64,000 nucleotides of DNA from Candidatus Aminicenantes bacterium UBA647 (lineage in GTDB: Bacteria; Acidobacteriota; Aminicenantia; UBA2199), in the NCBI GenBank assembly GCA_002299555.1, contig DBOL01000025.1:817-64816 (forward strand), written 5' to 3'. Positions within the stretch are counted from its first letter, which is position 1, and every line of letters starts with the position of its first letter. This document shows, piece by piece, positions 19,201 through 29,166 of this stretch. The position numbers and the translations under genes were made by a program. The notes under the pieces were generated by a model that saw nothing but the letters and a program-made list of their open reading frames with translations, was not told the origin of the DNA and searched no databases.

Positions 19201-19311
19201 TTTTAACCTCCGGAAAACCTGATCATTTTGAATATATGCAATCACAGATTTTTTATCAATAAAAATATATTTATTTCAAATTATTCAGGAATTGCTGCAT
19301 TACCCCTGACC

Positions 19312-19340
19312 TTGAATTGAATTGTGATTCGATATATAAT
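19312..19340 (+). promoter_or_regulatory. Sigma-70-type promoter for tRNA-Arg(ACG): TTGAAT-N17-TATAAT
   Basis: TTGAAT at 19312-19317, a 17 nt spacer, then TATAAT at 19335-19340, which is 12 nt before the tRNA 5' end. Confidence 0.55.
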
Positions 19341-19352
19341 GAAAGTAATAAT

Positions 19353-19425
19353 GCGCCTGTAGCTCAATGGATAGAGTGCTCGACTACGAATCGATAGGTT
19401 GGGGGTTCAAGTCCCTCCAGGCGTA
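19353..19425 (+). tRNA. tRNA-Arg (anticodon ACG)
   Basis: Cloverleaf folded by hand: acceptor GCGCCTG/CAGGCGT, D arm GCTC-AATGGATA-GAGT, anticodon loop CTACGAA, T arm GGGGG-TTCAAGT-CCCTC. It closely resembles E. coli tRNA-Arg(ACG). Confidence 0.9.
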
Positions 19426-19444
19426 TTTTTTTTAAGGAGTCTCA

Positions 19445-20038
19445 ATGCCAGATTCAGAAAACAAGAAAGACCTTCCGTTCATTACTGCCGGTGAAGATAT
19501 TGATGTCAATGAGATCATGGAGTATATCGAAAAACGGATCGAGGAAAAAAAGAATTCCGGAGTATTGAAACAAAAAGAGATCGATGAGATCGAGGATATG
19601 GAGCTTCAGCCGCTCCCTGATTTCCTGGAGATTCCCAACGTTTATGAACAACACCTCTTCAATGAAGAAATAGTAAAAAATTATGACCCCCCATCCATAG
19701 AACTGGAGTCAGATGGAGGAAGCGGAGCGAAAGGACTGATGAAAAAGGTTTTCAGGATCATAAGGAAACCGCTCATGCCATTCATCAGAAGTATGGTCAG
19801 GCCGATCAACAATGAACTCAAGGCCCAGATCAACATAGACAGGAAATACATTCACCAGTTCGCAGCCGGGATCGAGTATATAAAACTGCTTCATAACACA
19901 TCAAACAACCTGATAGTAGAACTTTCAAAACTGAAAATTGAAGAGGAACTCCTTAAAACCAAGATCAAGGTTTTAGAGGATAAGATGGAATTTCTTGAGA
20001 ACAGGGAAAGAGCGATCGAGAAGAAATTGTATCAATAA
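19445..20038 (+). CDS. Hypothetical coiled-coil protein
   Basis: 197 aa, with AAGGAG upstream and a charged heptad-like C-terminus. Its stop overlaps the start of the following glycosyltransferase (TAATG). Confidence 0.5.
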   Translation: MPDSENKKDLPFITAGEDIDVNEIMEYIEKRIEEKKNSGVLKQKEIDEIEDMELQPLPDFLEIPNVYEQHLFNEEIVKNYDPPSIELESDGGSGAKGLMKKVFRIIRKPLMPFIRSMVRPINNELKAQINIDRKYIHQFAAGIEYIKLLHNTSNNLIVELSKLKIEEELLKTKIKVLEDKMEFLENRERAIEKKLYQ

Positions 20039-21111
20039 TGGCGATCCATCAGTTTCTCACTTCATATTCTTACGGGGATGCGATCGGTAATGAAGCACTT
20101 GAGATCAGGAATTATTTAAGAGAAAAAGGATATGAATCTGAAATATTTGTCCTCTTCTATCACCCGAAATATTCTGATCAGGTAATAAATTATCTTGAAT
20201 ATGATAAATACTCATCTGAAGAGAATATTGTTATTTATCACTTTTCGATCGGATCGAAAATAACAAAGAAATTTTTAAGAGTTCCTGACAAGAAGGTCAT
20301 AATCTACCACAATATAACTCCACATCATTTTTTCCTGGACTACCACAGGATCCTGGCGAAGGATTGCTACAAGGGGAGAGTAGAGCTAAAGAGCCTGAGT
20401 GATAAAGTAGACCTTGCGCTCGGCGACTCGGAATATAATGAGTCTGAACTAAAAGAGGTCGGGTTTAAAAAGACCGGAGTACTTCCTCTGGTAATGAACT
20501 TTGACAAATTTGATGCTCCGGCAATTCCGGTTTTTAATGATATGTTCAATGATGGCAAGACCAACATTCTGTATGTAGGGAGAATTATCCCCAACAAAAA
20601 GATCGAGAATGTGATCAGAGTTTTTCACCTATACAACAAATATTTCAATAAAAATTCAAGGCTCTTCGTCGTCGGGGAGAACAGGGGATTTGAAAGATAT
20701 TATTCAGCTTTACTTAATATGGTGGAAAAATTTAAAGTAAAGAACATCCATTTCACAGGACATATTCCGGAAGATGAGCTAATATCATATTTTAAATTGG
20801 CTGACATCTATCTCCACATGAGCGAACATGAAGGATTTTGTGCACCGGTTCCCGAAGGGTTTTTCCTCAATATACCGGTCATCGCATATAATGAGGGCGC
20901 TGTAAAAGAGACAATGAACAAAGGAGGTATTCTTCTGAATAAAAAAGAATTCCTCAAGACTGCAGCTCTCATTGATAAGATCGTTTCTGACAAGGAGCTA
21001 AAGGAAAAGATCCTTAAGACTCAGAAAGAATCATTAAAAAAATATTTTAAGGACAGAACAGGAAAAATACTGCTCGATCATCTTAAGAGTGTCGGCCTTA
21101 CCGGTTCCTGA
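20038..21111 (+). CDS. Glycosyltransferase, GT-B fold (family 1/4)
   Basis: C-terminal ..VGRIIPNKK.., ..LFVVGE.. and the SEHEGFC.P..EG (E-x7-E-like) motifs typical of GT4. Confidence 0.75.
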   Translation: MAIHQFLTSYSYGDAIGNEALEIRNYLREKGYESEIFVLFYHPKYSDQVINYLEYDKYSSEENIVIYHFSIGSKITKKFLRVPDKKVIIYHNITPHHFFLDYHRILAKDCYKGRVELKSLSDKVDLALGDSEYNESELKEVGFKKTGVLPLVMNFDKFDAPAIPVFNDMFNDGKTNILYVGRIIPNKKIENVIRVFHLYNKYFNKNSRLFVVGENRGFERYYSALLNMVEKFKVKNIHFTGHIPEDELISYFKLADIYLHMSEHEGFCAPVPEGFFLNIPVIAYNEGAVKETMNKGGILLNKKEFLKTAALIDKIVSDKELKEKILKTQKESLKKYFKDRTGKILLDHLKSVGLTGS

Positions 21112-22161
21112 TCATTTATCTTCTTCAGGTATCCCCTTTTCAGCCCCCGCTTTATTTGAGATTGTTTTTTTTATATCACGGGAAAGAATTTCGTTAAGAG
21201 GTATGGAGCCGTAATAAGAGAGATGAGAATTATTATGTCCGTATCTTCCATTCTTATAGAAACGGCGGTTATGGAGATCAAATTTATCGGGATGGTTATA
21301 ATTCAGGAACCGGAATTTTTTCCTCCCATTGATAAGACTTTGCATATCCTTTTCAAACCGGTCTTTTTCCGATGTAGATTCATAAGTTCCGATATAATCC
21401 GGAATCCCGACAAGAAAAACAATAACACCGTCAGTTTCAAGCTCATCAAAGAGTTTTTTCAGATATTTCCCCTCTCCGTTATCTGAATCCAGATATGGAA
21501 ATTTTTCCCAGGTGGCCGGTCTGTTATCCGGATTAAGTTCAAGCGTTGTTTTATTGCCGGTAAAATTACTTATTCCTGCAGCATTTGTAGAATTTTTATC
21601 CGGCCTGTCCATATCAAGGGAATACTTATACAATACATCTTCAACAGTTTTGTCCAGTTTCTTTTTCCATCTTAAGAGGAGAGATATTTCTTTTAAAAAT
21701 CCCGCATCCTTTTCCGGCCTTTTTGAAAGATCGATCTTTTTTATCTTTCTTTTTTTTCTGGATGCAGATATCAGAAGAAACTTTGAAGTTTTCAAAGTGA
21801 ACATAAAATAATCAACTCCGTAAATAAGATATTCCGGCTTTCCGAATTGTTTTTTGAACAGTTTGTACAACAGGTAGAAATAGTGCGGATATCTGTCGTT
21901 TTTGGCTGAAGTATACGCTTTTAGCCCAAGATGATTAAAAAGATAGAGGGGATGTATTGCGGCAATGGTTCTCGACGAACCGAATATGAGGGTGTCATAA
22001 AAATCTTTTTTTATAACTTCCCTCTTCCCGAATACACTCTTTTTTATTTTTACATTTGAATAAAAGGAAAAACTTGCCTCGCGGAACAGCATAACTCCTC
22101 CCCTGTCAAAGAGGAAAAAAAATACAGCTAGGAGAAAGATCAGAAAAAGTTTTCTTTTCAT
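21112..22161 (-). CDS. Membrane-anchored accessory protein of the MBOAT acyltransferase (DltD/DUF1574-like)
   Basis: N-terminal TM anchor. An FGSSRT block resembles the Ser block of DltD/SGNH-like partners. It lies 7 nt downstream of the MBOAT gene on the same strand. Confidence 0.4.
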   Translation of the reverse strand: MKRKLFLIFLLAVFFFLFDRGGVMLFREASFSFYSNVKIKKSVFGKREVIKKDFYDTLIFGSSRTIAAIHPLYLFNHLGLKAYTSAKNDRYPHYFYLLYKLFKKQFGKPEYLIYGVDYFMFTLKTSKFLLISASRKKRKIKKIDLSKRPEKDAGFLKEISLLLRWKKKLDKTVEDVLYKYSLDMDRPDKNSTNAAGISNFTGNKTTLELNPDNRPATWEKFPYLDSDNGEGKYLKKLFDELETDGVIVFLVGIPDYIGTYESTSEKDRFEKDMQSLINGRKKFRFLNYNHPDKFDLHNRRFYKNGRYGHNNSHLSYYGSIPLNEILSRDIKKTISNKAGAEKGIPEEDK

Positions 22162-22167
22162 AACAGA

Positions 22168-23607
22168 TCAGAAATTAAAATATATGAACTCATTGGTGCT
22201 GTCTACAGCAAAAATGATTATAAATACGATTGCGAAGGCATATCCCGCCATTTTTAATTCGGTTGGAATATTTACGATCCATCTGAACCGATTTATATTC
22301 TTGTTAATATAATCGAGTAACAAAAATAATATTAAAAACCCGAGTGAAAATAAAAGATTAGGAATTCCGGTCTTGGGAAGAGTGAATCCTATATTTTTTA
22401 TGTATTCCACAGCGCTTTCAAATGTCCCTGCCCTGAAAAATATCCATGCGAAAGAGACAAAGTGAAAAGTTATAAATATCTGAATAAAACTTCTCAGGCC
22501 GGATCCCTTTTTCATACCCGCCCTCTTCCATAATTTCTTCCTGGATCTTTCTGTTATATGGCCGAATACCAGATACAACCCGTGCAATGTCCCCCAGACC
22601 ACAAATGTCCAGGACGCTCCATGCCACAACCCGCCAAGGAACATCGTCACAAAAATGGCCGTCACATATCCGATACTTGTAATATTAACTCCTGCAAATT
22701 TATCCTTTTTAAAAAGTCTCATTACCGGATATGCAACAGGGAGAAATATATAATCCCTCAACCATGTTGACAATGAGATATGCCACCTGTTCCAGAAGTC
22801 TTTCAGGTTTCTGCTGAAGTATGGGAAATTAAAATTTTCTATGGACCTGAACCCGAATATTTTCGAGATCCCGATAGCGATATCCGTATAACCCGAAAAA
22901 TCGCAATATATCTGAAAGGAGAAGAAATAAACTCCAAGCAGTAAATGGATCCCTGAATAATCTGTCGGATTATTGTAAATCTGGTCCACAAATTCGCCCA
23001 TTCTGTCTGCAATAACGATCTTCTTGAAAAGTCCCCACAGGACAAGCCTTAATCCCCCCACAAATTTATCCCAATCGAATGAAAATTTTTTTTTTATCTG
23101 AGGAATAATATTCCCGGCTCTGTCGATCGGGCCGGCAAGTAATTGAGGGAAAAAAGATACATAGAGGGCAAAGTGACCGATATGTTTTTCCGGCACTATC
23201 TTTCCTCCGTAAACATCAACTATATAACTGATCAGCCTGAACGAATAGAATGATATTCCCACAGGGAATAAAAGATTCAGGGGGTCGATACCTCCTTTGG
23301 AGAAGAGATGGCTGAATGTTGTCAGGAACAGATCCAGATATTTAAAAGTAAAGAGAAGGCCCAGCGGTACAAGGATTCCTGCAAAGAGGACCATCCCCTT
23401 TTTCCCCGATCTGTTTATACCTAAACCGGCAATATAAACCACAATTGTAGGAAAAATAAGAAACAGAAGATATTCAGGTTTTATACTACCGTAAAAATAG
23501 TATCCGGCCCCCAGAAGGACCATCCATCTGAACCTGTCCGGAGTGATCAGGTAAATTGCAAAAACAGTAATTACAAAATATAAGAAATTGAAAGATATAA
23601 ACTGCAT
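22168..23607 (-). CDS. MBOAT-family membrane-bound O-acyltransferase (AlgI/DltB-like)
   Basis: Polytopic membrane protein of 479 aa. It has the signature FWNRWHISLSTWLRDYIF and a later GLWHG histidine motif. Confidence 0.85.
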   Translation of the reverse strand: MQFISFNFLYFVITVFAIYLITPDRFRWMVLLGAGYYFYGSIKPEYLLFLIFPTIVVYIAGLGINRSGKKGMVLFAGILVPLGLLFTFKYLDLFLTTFSHLFSKGGIDPLNLLFPVGISFYSFRLISYIVDVYGGKIVPEKHIGHFALYVSFFPQLLAGPIDRAGNIIPQIKKKFSFDWDKFVGGLRLVLWGLFKKIVIADRMGEFVDQIYNNPTDYSGIHLLLGVYFFSFQIYCDFSGYTDIAIGISKIFGFRSIENFNFPYFSRNLKDFWNRWHISLSTWLRDYIFLPVAYPVMRLFKKDKFAGVNITSIGYVTAIFVTMFLGGLWHGASWTFVVWGTLHGLYLVFGHITERSRKKLWKRAGMKKGSGLRSFIQIFITFHFVSFAWIFFRAGTFESAVEYIKNIGFTLPKTGIPNLLFSLGFLILFLLLDYINKNINRFRWIVNIPTELKMAGYAFAIVFIIIFAVDSTNEFIYFNF

Positions 23608-23778
23608 CCGCTTTTCCCTCCAACCGGAGAATGGTCAAAACTGACATTCAGGCCGGTTTTTATCAATTCTACATTTACATGTCCGGAGTGTCAAATTCAT
23701 TCACTTCTATTTTATATTGAAGAATAGTCTTGAAAGCATCGGATATTTTTAATAAAATTTCCTATGAACGGAGGAAAC

Positions 23779-24816
23779 ATGGAAATAAAATTATCCGAAC
23801 TAGAAAAATATCTTGAAATTGAGATCCCTGCAGGAAGTGAGAATATTAAAATCAGCGGAGTTGCTCCTGTTGACACTGCAGGAAAAACTGACATCACTTT
23901 TATAACTGGTGAAAAATTTCTGAAGAAACTGGAAAATTCGAATGCAGCCGCGGTACTGATACCAAAAGGATTTGTCCCCCCCGACAATATAATCCCTTTA
24001 TATGTTGACGATCCTTTTTATTCTTACATAAAAGTACTCGAATATTTCAGTCCCAGGAGATCAGCAGATATAGCCTCAGGTATGAGCCCACTTTCATTTA
24101 TAGATGAAAGTGCAGAATTGGGTAAAGATGTCTCCATCGCACCTTTTGTTTTTATAGGAGAGGGAGTGATAATCGGAGATAACACAACCATCGGGGCAGG
24201 AACTGCAGTTCTTAAGGGTTCCAGTATCGGGTCCGGATGCCTTATATATCCGAATGTATCAATAATAGACAGAACCTCAATAGGAAACAATGTGATAATT
24301 CATGCCGGTGTAGTGATCGGTTCGGACGGATTCGGTTTCTATCCCTATAAAAATACCATCGTTAAGGTACCGCAGATCGGCAGAGTTGAGATCGGTGATA
24401 ATGTTGAGCTCCAGGCAAACACCTGTATCGACAGAGCAGTTATGGGAGTGACAATGATCGAAGCAGGTGTAAAACTGGACAACCTGGTTCATGTGGGACA
24501 TAATGTCCGGATCGGCACGAATACCGTATTGGCAGGCCAGGTTGGGATCGCAGGCTCGGTCATGATAGGCAAAGGTGTGCAGGCGGGTGGCCAGGCAGGA
24601 TTCGCAGAACATATTAAAGTGGGAGACAGGGCAGGAATTGCGGGTCAGGCAGGTGTGACAAAAGATGTCCCCCCGGGAATTATAGTATCCGGATATCCGG
24701 CAAAAGAACATATGAAAGCAATCAAAGAAGAGATACATATTCGCAATCTTCCCGATCTGAAAATGAGAGTAAAAGAACTCGAAAAGCGGATCAATGAGTT
24801 AGAAAATAAAGAATAG
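23779..24816 (+). CDS. lpxD: UDP-3-O-(3-hydroxyacyl)glucosamine N-acyltransferase
   Basis: N-terminal LpxD domain, then a long left-handed beta-helix of hexapeptide repeats (IG.N..I), then a C-terminal coiled coil. GGAGGA lies before ATG 23779. Confidence 0.9.
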   Translation: MEIKLSELEKYLEIEIPAGSENIKISGVAPVDTAGKTDITFITGEKFLKKLENSNAAAVLIPKGFVPPDNIIPLYVDDPFYSYIKVLEYFSPRRSADIASGMSPLSFIDESAELGKDVSIAPFVFIGEGVIIGDNTTIGAGTAVLKGSSIGSGCLIYPNVSIIDRTSIGNNVIIHAGVVIGSDGFGFYPYKNTIVKVPQIGRVEIGDNVELQANTCIDRAVMGVTMIEAGVKLDNLVHVGHNVRIGTNTVLAGQVGIAGSVMIGKGVQAGGQAGFAEHIKVGDRAGIAGQAGVTKDVPPGIIVSGYPAKEHMKAIKEEIHIRNLPDLKMRVKELEKRINELENKE

Positions 24817-24825
24817 GAAACCTCA

Positions 24826-26457
24826 ATGCCTGGTTATGATATTATTTTTGTTCTTCCCTATCCTTTCTCAGATCATCCATCTTTTCCGGAGGGGATATTA
24901 AAAAGGACCCTCGAATCAGAAGGGTTTTCAGTTGGCGTGATCGAAAGACCATTCTGGCAGAAAAAAGAATCATTCTCAGTTCTGGGCAAGCCCAATCTTT
25001 TCTTCGCCATAATTTCAGGGCCGGTGGATTCGATAGTTCTTAATTATACTTCATCAAGAAAACGGAGAGTTGAAGACCAATACCAGAAGGCAGGAAAAGG
25101 ATTCTTTGATAATTATCCACCCTCCATAAAGTACAGGATCCGCCCCGACAACACCACAATAGTTTTTGCAAACAGAATAAAGGAAAGTTTCAAAGATGTC
25201 CCGATCATTATCGGAGGTGTCGAAGCCTCCCTGAGGAGATTTGCCCATTACGATTTTCAAAAAGATAAGATACGGCGGTCAATTCTTTTCGATTCAAGAG
25301 CCGACCTGCTTGTCAACGGGCCCGGTGAGAAGCAGATAATAAATATAGCGGAAGATCTCAAAAACGGAAAGAAGATAATTGATCTCGAATTAAATGGAAC
25401 ATCCAGGATCATTAAAAGTATCTCAGATATTGATAAAAAAATAGAATTACCCTCACTTGAGGATATACTCGGAGATAAAAAAAAACTGCTGGAAGCATAC
25501 CTCCTGAAAGAAAAAGGGATGAAATCCGGTAAAACGATTTGTCAGAAGAATGGGGACAGGTACGTTGTGAGCTTCCCGGCTGAAGCATATTCAGGAAATG
25601 ACCTTGACAGGTTTTACTCATATGATTACTCAAGAACACATTTTGGATCCGAAGGGTATTCTCCTGCTTTAAGAATGAACCTTTTCTCCATTACTTCCCA
25701 CAGAGGTTGCGGTGGCGGTTGTTCATTTTGTTCGATCACCCAGAGCGAAGGTAAGAAGATAATCTCAAGGTCAACTGAATCTATATTTAAGGAAGCACAT
25801 TTACTGATGCGTCACAAAGAGTGGAAAGGAGTTATCTCAGATGTTGGCGGACCCTCAGCGGAAATGTACGGATATGGCTGTGTAGTTTCAGGCTGCATGA
25901 AAAATTCCTGCCTTTTCACAACACACTGCTCATCTTTGAAAAAAGGGGACAGTTACAGAGAACTTTTGAAAACTCTCAGGAATACAAAAGGTATCAAAAA
26001 TGTTTTTATCGGGTCGGGAGTAAGATATGATAATCTGACCGTGAATCCCGGACTTCTGGAGGATATCCTTGAATACCACTCCGGCAAATTTTTAAGGATC
26101 GCTCCCGAACACACTGAAGATCATGTCCTGGATATAATGAGGAAACCCGGTTTCGGATCTCTAAAGAAATTCACGGAATTATTCTACGAGATCAACAATA
26201 AAATGAGAAGGAGGATCCAGTTATCCCCCTACATCATCATCGGCCATCCGGGAGAAACCTTCGAAGATATCAGGATAATGAAAGAGAAGCTCAGATCGAT
26301 CGGACTTGCAACTGATGATGCCCAAATATTCACGCCAACCCCGGGAACTTATTCCACAGCTCTCTATTATTCAGAGATCACCCCCGACGACAAACCTCTG
26401 TTAGTAGAAAAAAACATCAAAGAATTAATAAAACGAAAAAAATATTTAAGCGATTAA
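24826..26457 (+). CDS. YgiQ-family (UPF0313) radical SAM protein
   Basis: CGGGCSFCS is a CX3CX2C cluster motif. The N-terminal PYPFSDHPSFPEGIL block is typical of YgiQ. Size is 543 aa. Confidence 0.85.
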   Translation: MPGYDIIFVLPYPFSDHPSFPEGILKRTLESEGFSVGVIERPFWQKKESFSVLGKPNLFFAIISGPVDSIVLNYTSSRKRRVEDQYQKAGKGFFDNYPPSIKYRIRPDNTTIVFANRIKESFKDVPIIIGGVEASLRRFAHYDFQKDKIRRSILFDSRADLLVNGPGEKQIINIAEDLKNGKKIIDLELNGTSRIIKSISDIDKKIELPSLEDILGDKKKLLEAYLLKEKGMKSGKTICQKNGDRYVVSFPAEAYSGNDLDRFYSYDYSRTHFGSEGYSPALRMNLFSITSHRGCGGGCSFCSITQSEGKKIISRSTESIFKEAHLLMRHKEWKGVISDVGGPSAEMYGYGCVVSGCMKNSCLFTTHCSSLKKGDSYRELLKTLRNTKGIKNVFIGSGVRYDNLTVNPGLLEDILEYHSGKFLRIAPEHTEDHVLDIMRKPGFGSLKKFTELFYEINNKMRRRIQLSPYIIIGHPGETFEDIRIMKEKLRSIGLATDDAQIFTPTPGTYSTALYYSEITPDDKPLLVEKNIKELIKRKKYLSD

Positions 26458-26512
26458 GAGTTCTTTGGAAGAGGTCGATCGGTTTTTTCTTCTTACCTCT
26501 GACTCCTGAATT

Positions 26513-27352
26513 CTAGAATTGCATCGCTCTCAATCTTGCTACCCTCTCCTCGATCGGAGGATGGGTGGAGAATAATTTGGAAAGGCTTTTCCCGGAGAAT
26601 GGATTGACAATAAACATATGAGCGGTCTGTTTAGTTGCTTTCAATGGGATCCTCTTAGAGTACCGGCCTAATTTCTGCAGCCCCGAGGCAAGTCCTTCAG
26701 GGTTGTTCGTAAGGTGTGCACCTCCGCTATCAGCTTTATATTCCCGGGATCGGGAAATAGCCATCTGTATTATAGTTGCAGCAAGTGGTGCCAGTACAGC
26801 CATCAGGATCAGGCCCAATACACCGCCATTGTCATCATCATCCCGTCCTCCACCAAGAATGGCAAACCATCTCATCTGGTAGGCCAGGAACATTATTGCT
26901 CCGGAGATCGTTGCTGCGACAGTAGACACAAGGGTGTCCCTGTTAATTATATGGGTAAGTTCGTGTGCGATCACACCTTCAAGTTCCTCCCTTTTCATAA
27001 GATTTATTATCCCTTTTGATAATGCGATCGCTGAGTTTTCCGGATTTCTACCCGTTGCAAAAGCATTAGGTGAATCCTGGTTTAGATAATAGATCTTCGG
27101 CATGGGAATGTTTGCTTTTTCCGTAAGCTGTCTGACCATCCTGTAAATATCAGGGGAATCTGATTCAGGAAGTTCTACAGCTTTATATGCTTTTAAAACA
27201 ATTTTATCTGAGAACCAGTATGCTCCGACATTCATTACAGCAGCAAAAATAAAGGCGATAAGCATTCCACTCTCGCCTCCTGCCATACCGCCAACAAACA
27301 GGAATATACCGGTCATTGCACCTAATAATATAACGGTCTTTAAATTGTTCAT
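26513..27352 (-). CDS. htpX: Zinc metalloprotease HtpX
   Basis: HELTHI zinc motif, four TM segments, NAFATG, EY.AD and a C-terminal STHPP..ERV. Confidence 0.9.
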   Translation of the reverse strand: MNNLKTVILLGAMTGIFLFVGGMAGGESGMLIAFIFAAVMNVGAYWFSDKIVLKAYKAVELPESDSPDIYRMVRQLTEKANIPMPKIYYLNQDSPNAFATGRNPENSAIALSKGIINLMKREELEGVIAHELTHIINRDTLVSTVAATISGAIMFLAYQMRWFAILGGGRDDDDNGGVLGLILMAVLAPLAATIIQMAISRSREYKADSGGAHLTNNPEGLASGLQKLGRYSKRIPLKATKQTAHMFIVNPFSGKSLSKLFSTHPPIEERVARLRAMQF

Positions 27353-27522
27353 CTCTACTCCCTGACTAACACATATATTCTATTTAAAATACAGCCGAAT
27401 TTCAACTTCAGCTAAAATATCATTCATTTTTTTCTTGTAATTTTGATTATGGTGTATTAAAATACTACGATTTGAATATTTATGGTTAATTTTTAACAAA
27501 AATTGCTCATTTGGAGATAAAC

Positions 27523-27699
27523 ATGATCTGTGATATTTGCGGTAGAGAAAAAGATGAAAATACAGTGCTTTGTACAAATTGCGATCCCCAATGTGATTGC
27601 GGTGGATCTTGCGGTTCGCACTCAGGAGAAAAAAAGAAAGAGAAAAGTATAGTAGAAAATATAAAAAACAAATTCAGAAGAGGATACTTAAAAGAATAA
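27523..27699 (+). CDS. Small Cys-rich (zinc-ribbon-like) protein with basic tail
   Basis: GGAG lies 7 nt before ATG 27523. The sequence MICDICG..VLCTNCDPQCDCGGSCGSH has 9 Cys in 33 residues, followed by a Lys-rich tail. Confidence 0.4.
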   Translation: MICDICGREKDENTVLCTNCDPQCDCGGSCGSHSGEKKKEKSIVENIKNKFRRGYLKE

Positions 27700-27756
27700 A
27701 ACAAATTTTTCAATATTTCGTATAAACGATCTTAAATCCAACTACAGGAGATTCTT

Positions 27757-28815
27757 ATGAAAAAGTTTAATTTGTTAATACTATTTTTATTGTTTTCTTC
27801 GCTGATTTTTCCCAGACTGATCGGCACTCTTCCGGATGTGATGAGACCTTCTATGATAGTAGTAAAAAATAATAAATTATATATAGCTGAAGGTGCAATT
27901 TTTTCGGTATATTCAATTAATGATCAGAAATTATTACATAAGTTTGGGAAAAAAGGAGAGGGCCCGGGAGAACTTATTGAAATTCCACACATCCCTAACA
28001 AGATATCAGTACAGAAAGGGAATATATTCGTTACAGGAATAGGAAAAGCTATCTCATTTTCAAAAACAGGAAAATTTATCAGTGAGTTCAAAACAACTCA
28101 GTCTGTATTCCAATTGATCCCGGCAGGAAACAATTTTATCGCAAAAGAGTTTGCTCAATCAAAGGACGGAAAAACAAGATATATGACCATAACCCTTTAC
28201 AACTCCGACATGAAAAAGCTTAAAGAACTCTACCGTCAGCCATTTGTTCAGCAACAGGGATCTCCAGGGATCGTCCTGGATATGACCATGGAATTTGTTT
28301 CGATTGTGATTACAGAAGAAAAGATATTTCTGGAGGAGAGTCCGAAAGGATTCCTTATCGAAGTATTTGATTTTGATGGAAACAAACTCTATGACATAAA
28401 AAAGGAGTATAAGAAAATTCCTGTAACAGCAAAAGACAGAGAAGAGCAGGAAAATAAATTGAAAAATGACCCACAGGTAAAACAACAGGCCAACAGAATG
28501 GGCGGATGGAACGAAATGAAAAAATTTATTAAGATGACTTTCTCTGCATATTTCCCCCCCATTAAGGGAATTGAAGCTTCAGGTAACAGACTTTATGTCC
28601 GGACTTATAATGTGAAAGATGGAAAAGATGAGTACATAGTTATGGACCTGAAAGGAAATGTAAAGAAAAAGGTCTATATTTCAAACTCCTTTGAGCCCAG
28701 CATCAATTCACAGATCGCAGGAGGAAGACTCTCGAGCATAGAGAACGGGAAGTTATACTTTCTGCTGGAGAATGAGGATGATGAGGAATGGGAACTCCAT
28801 GTAGAGTCCCTGTAA
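27757..28815 (+). CDS. Secreted hypothetical protein, probably a 6-bladed beta-propeller
   Basis: Signal peptide, AGGAG upstream, and repeated ~45-50 aa beta-rich units with an [IV]..D..G pattern. No catalytic motif. Confidence 0.45.
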   Translation: MKKFNLLILFLLFSSLIFPRLIGTLPDVMRPSMIVVKNNKLYIAEGAIFSVYSINDQKLLHKFGKKGEGPGELIEIPHIPNKISVQKGNIFVTGIGKAISFSKTGKFISEFKTTQSVFQLIPAGNNFIAKEFAQSKDGKTRYMTITLYNSDMKKLKELYRQPFVQQQGSPGIVLDMTMEFVSIVITEEKIFLEESPKGFLIEVFDFDGNKLYDIKKEYKKIPVTAKDREEQENKLKNDPQVKQQANRMGGWNEMKKFIKMTFSAYFPPIKGIEASGNRLYVRTYNVKDGKDEYIVMDLKGNVKKKVYISNSFEPSINSQIAGGRLSSIENGKLYFLLENEDDEEWELHVESL

Positions 28816-28824
28816 CCTGAAAAA

Positions 28825-29166
28825 TTATTTTTCAGATTCCTTTTTTTCTTCCTTTATAACATCCTGGCCTTTATCAATAATCATCCCGGCTTCTTTAACT
28901 TTGGTAAAATCAATATCAAAGCCATTGTCTTTCATTCCGGGGTGACAGTCCAGGCAAGTTGTTTTAACAATATTCCCGGAGAATTCCATTGAAGAATCTG
29001 AAATATCGTTCTTCACTTCAGAAGTAGTCTCGATATCAGCTTTTTTGTTGTTGTCATCAGAACCGGAACAGGAAGTAAAAACAAAAACAGTAAATATCAC
29101 AACCATTAAAACCACCAAAACTGACAATTTTGAAAAACCATTTTTTACATTATTATTTTTATTCAT
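28825..29166 (-). CDS. Small lipoprotein with a single CXXCH heme-binding motif
   Basis: TM/signal segment ending in a lipobox-like FTSC. One CLDCH motif. Acidic/Lys-rich C-terminus. Confidence 0.45.
   Translation of the reverse strand: MNKNNNVKNGFSKLSVLVVLMVVIFTVFVFTSCSGSDDNNKKADIETTSEVKNDISDSSMEFSGNIVKTTCLDCHPGMKDNGFDIDFTKVKEAGMIIDKGQDVIKEEKKESEK

Noticed and set aside
24277-24738. 153 aa minus-strand ORF, plus 24024-24290
   Set aside because: These are antisense to lpxD. Hexapeptide-repeat genes commonly generate long opposite-strand ORFs.
27380-27713. Two minus-strand ORFs of 65 and 68 aa upstream of htpX
   Set aside because: They have no Shine-Dalgarno sequence and low-complexity sequence. 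They overlap the better-supported plus-strand Cys-rich ORF and the htpX promoter region.
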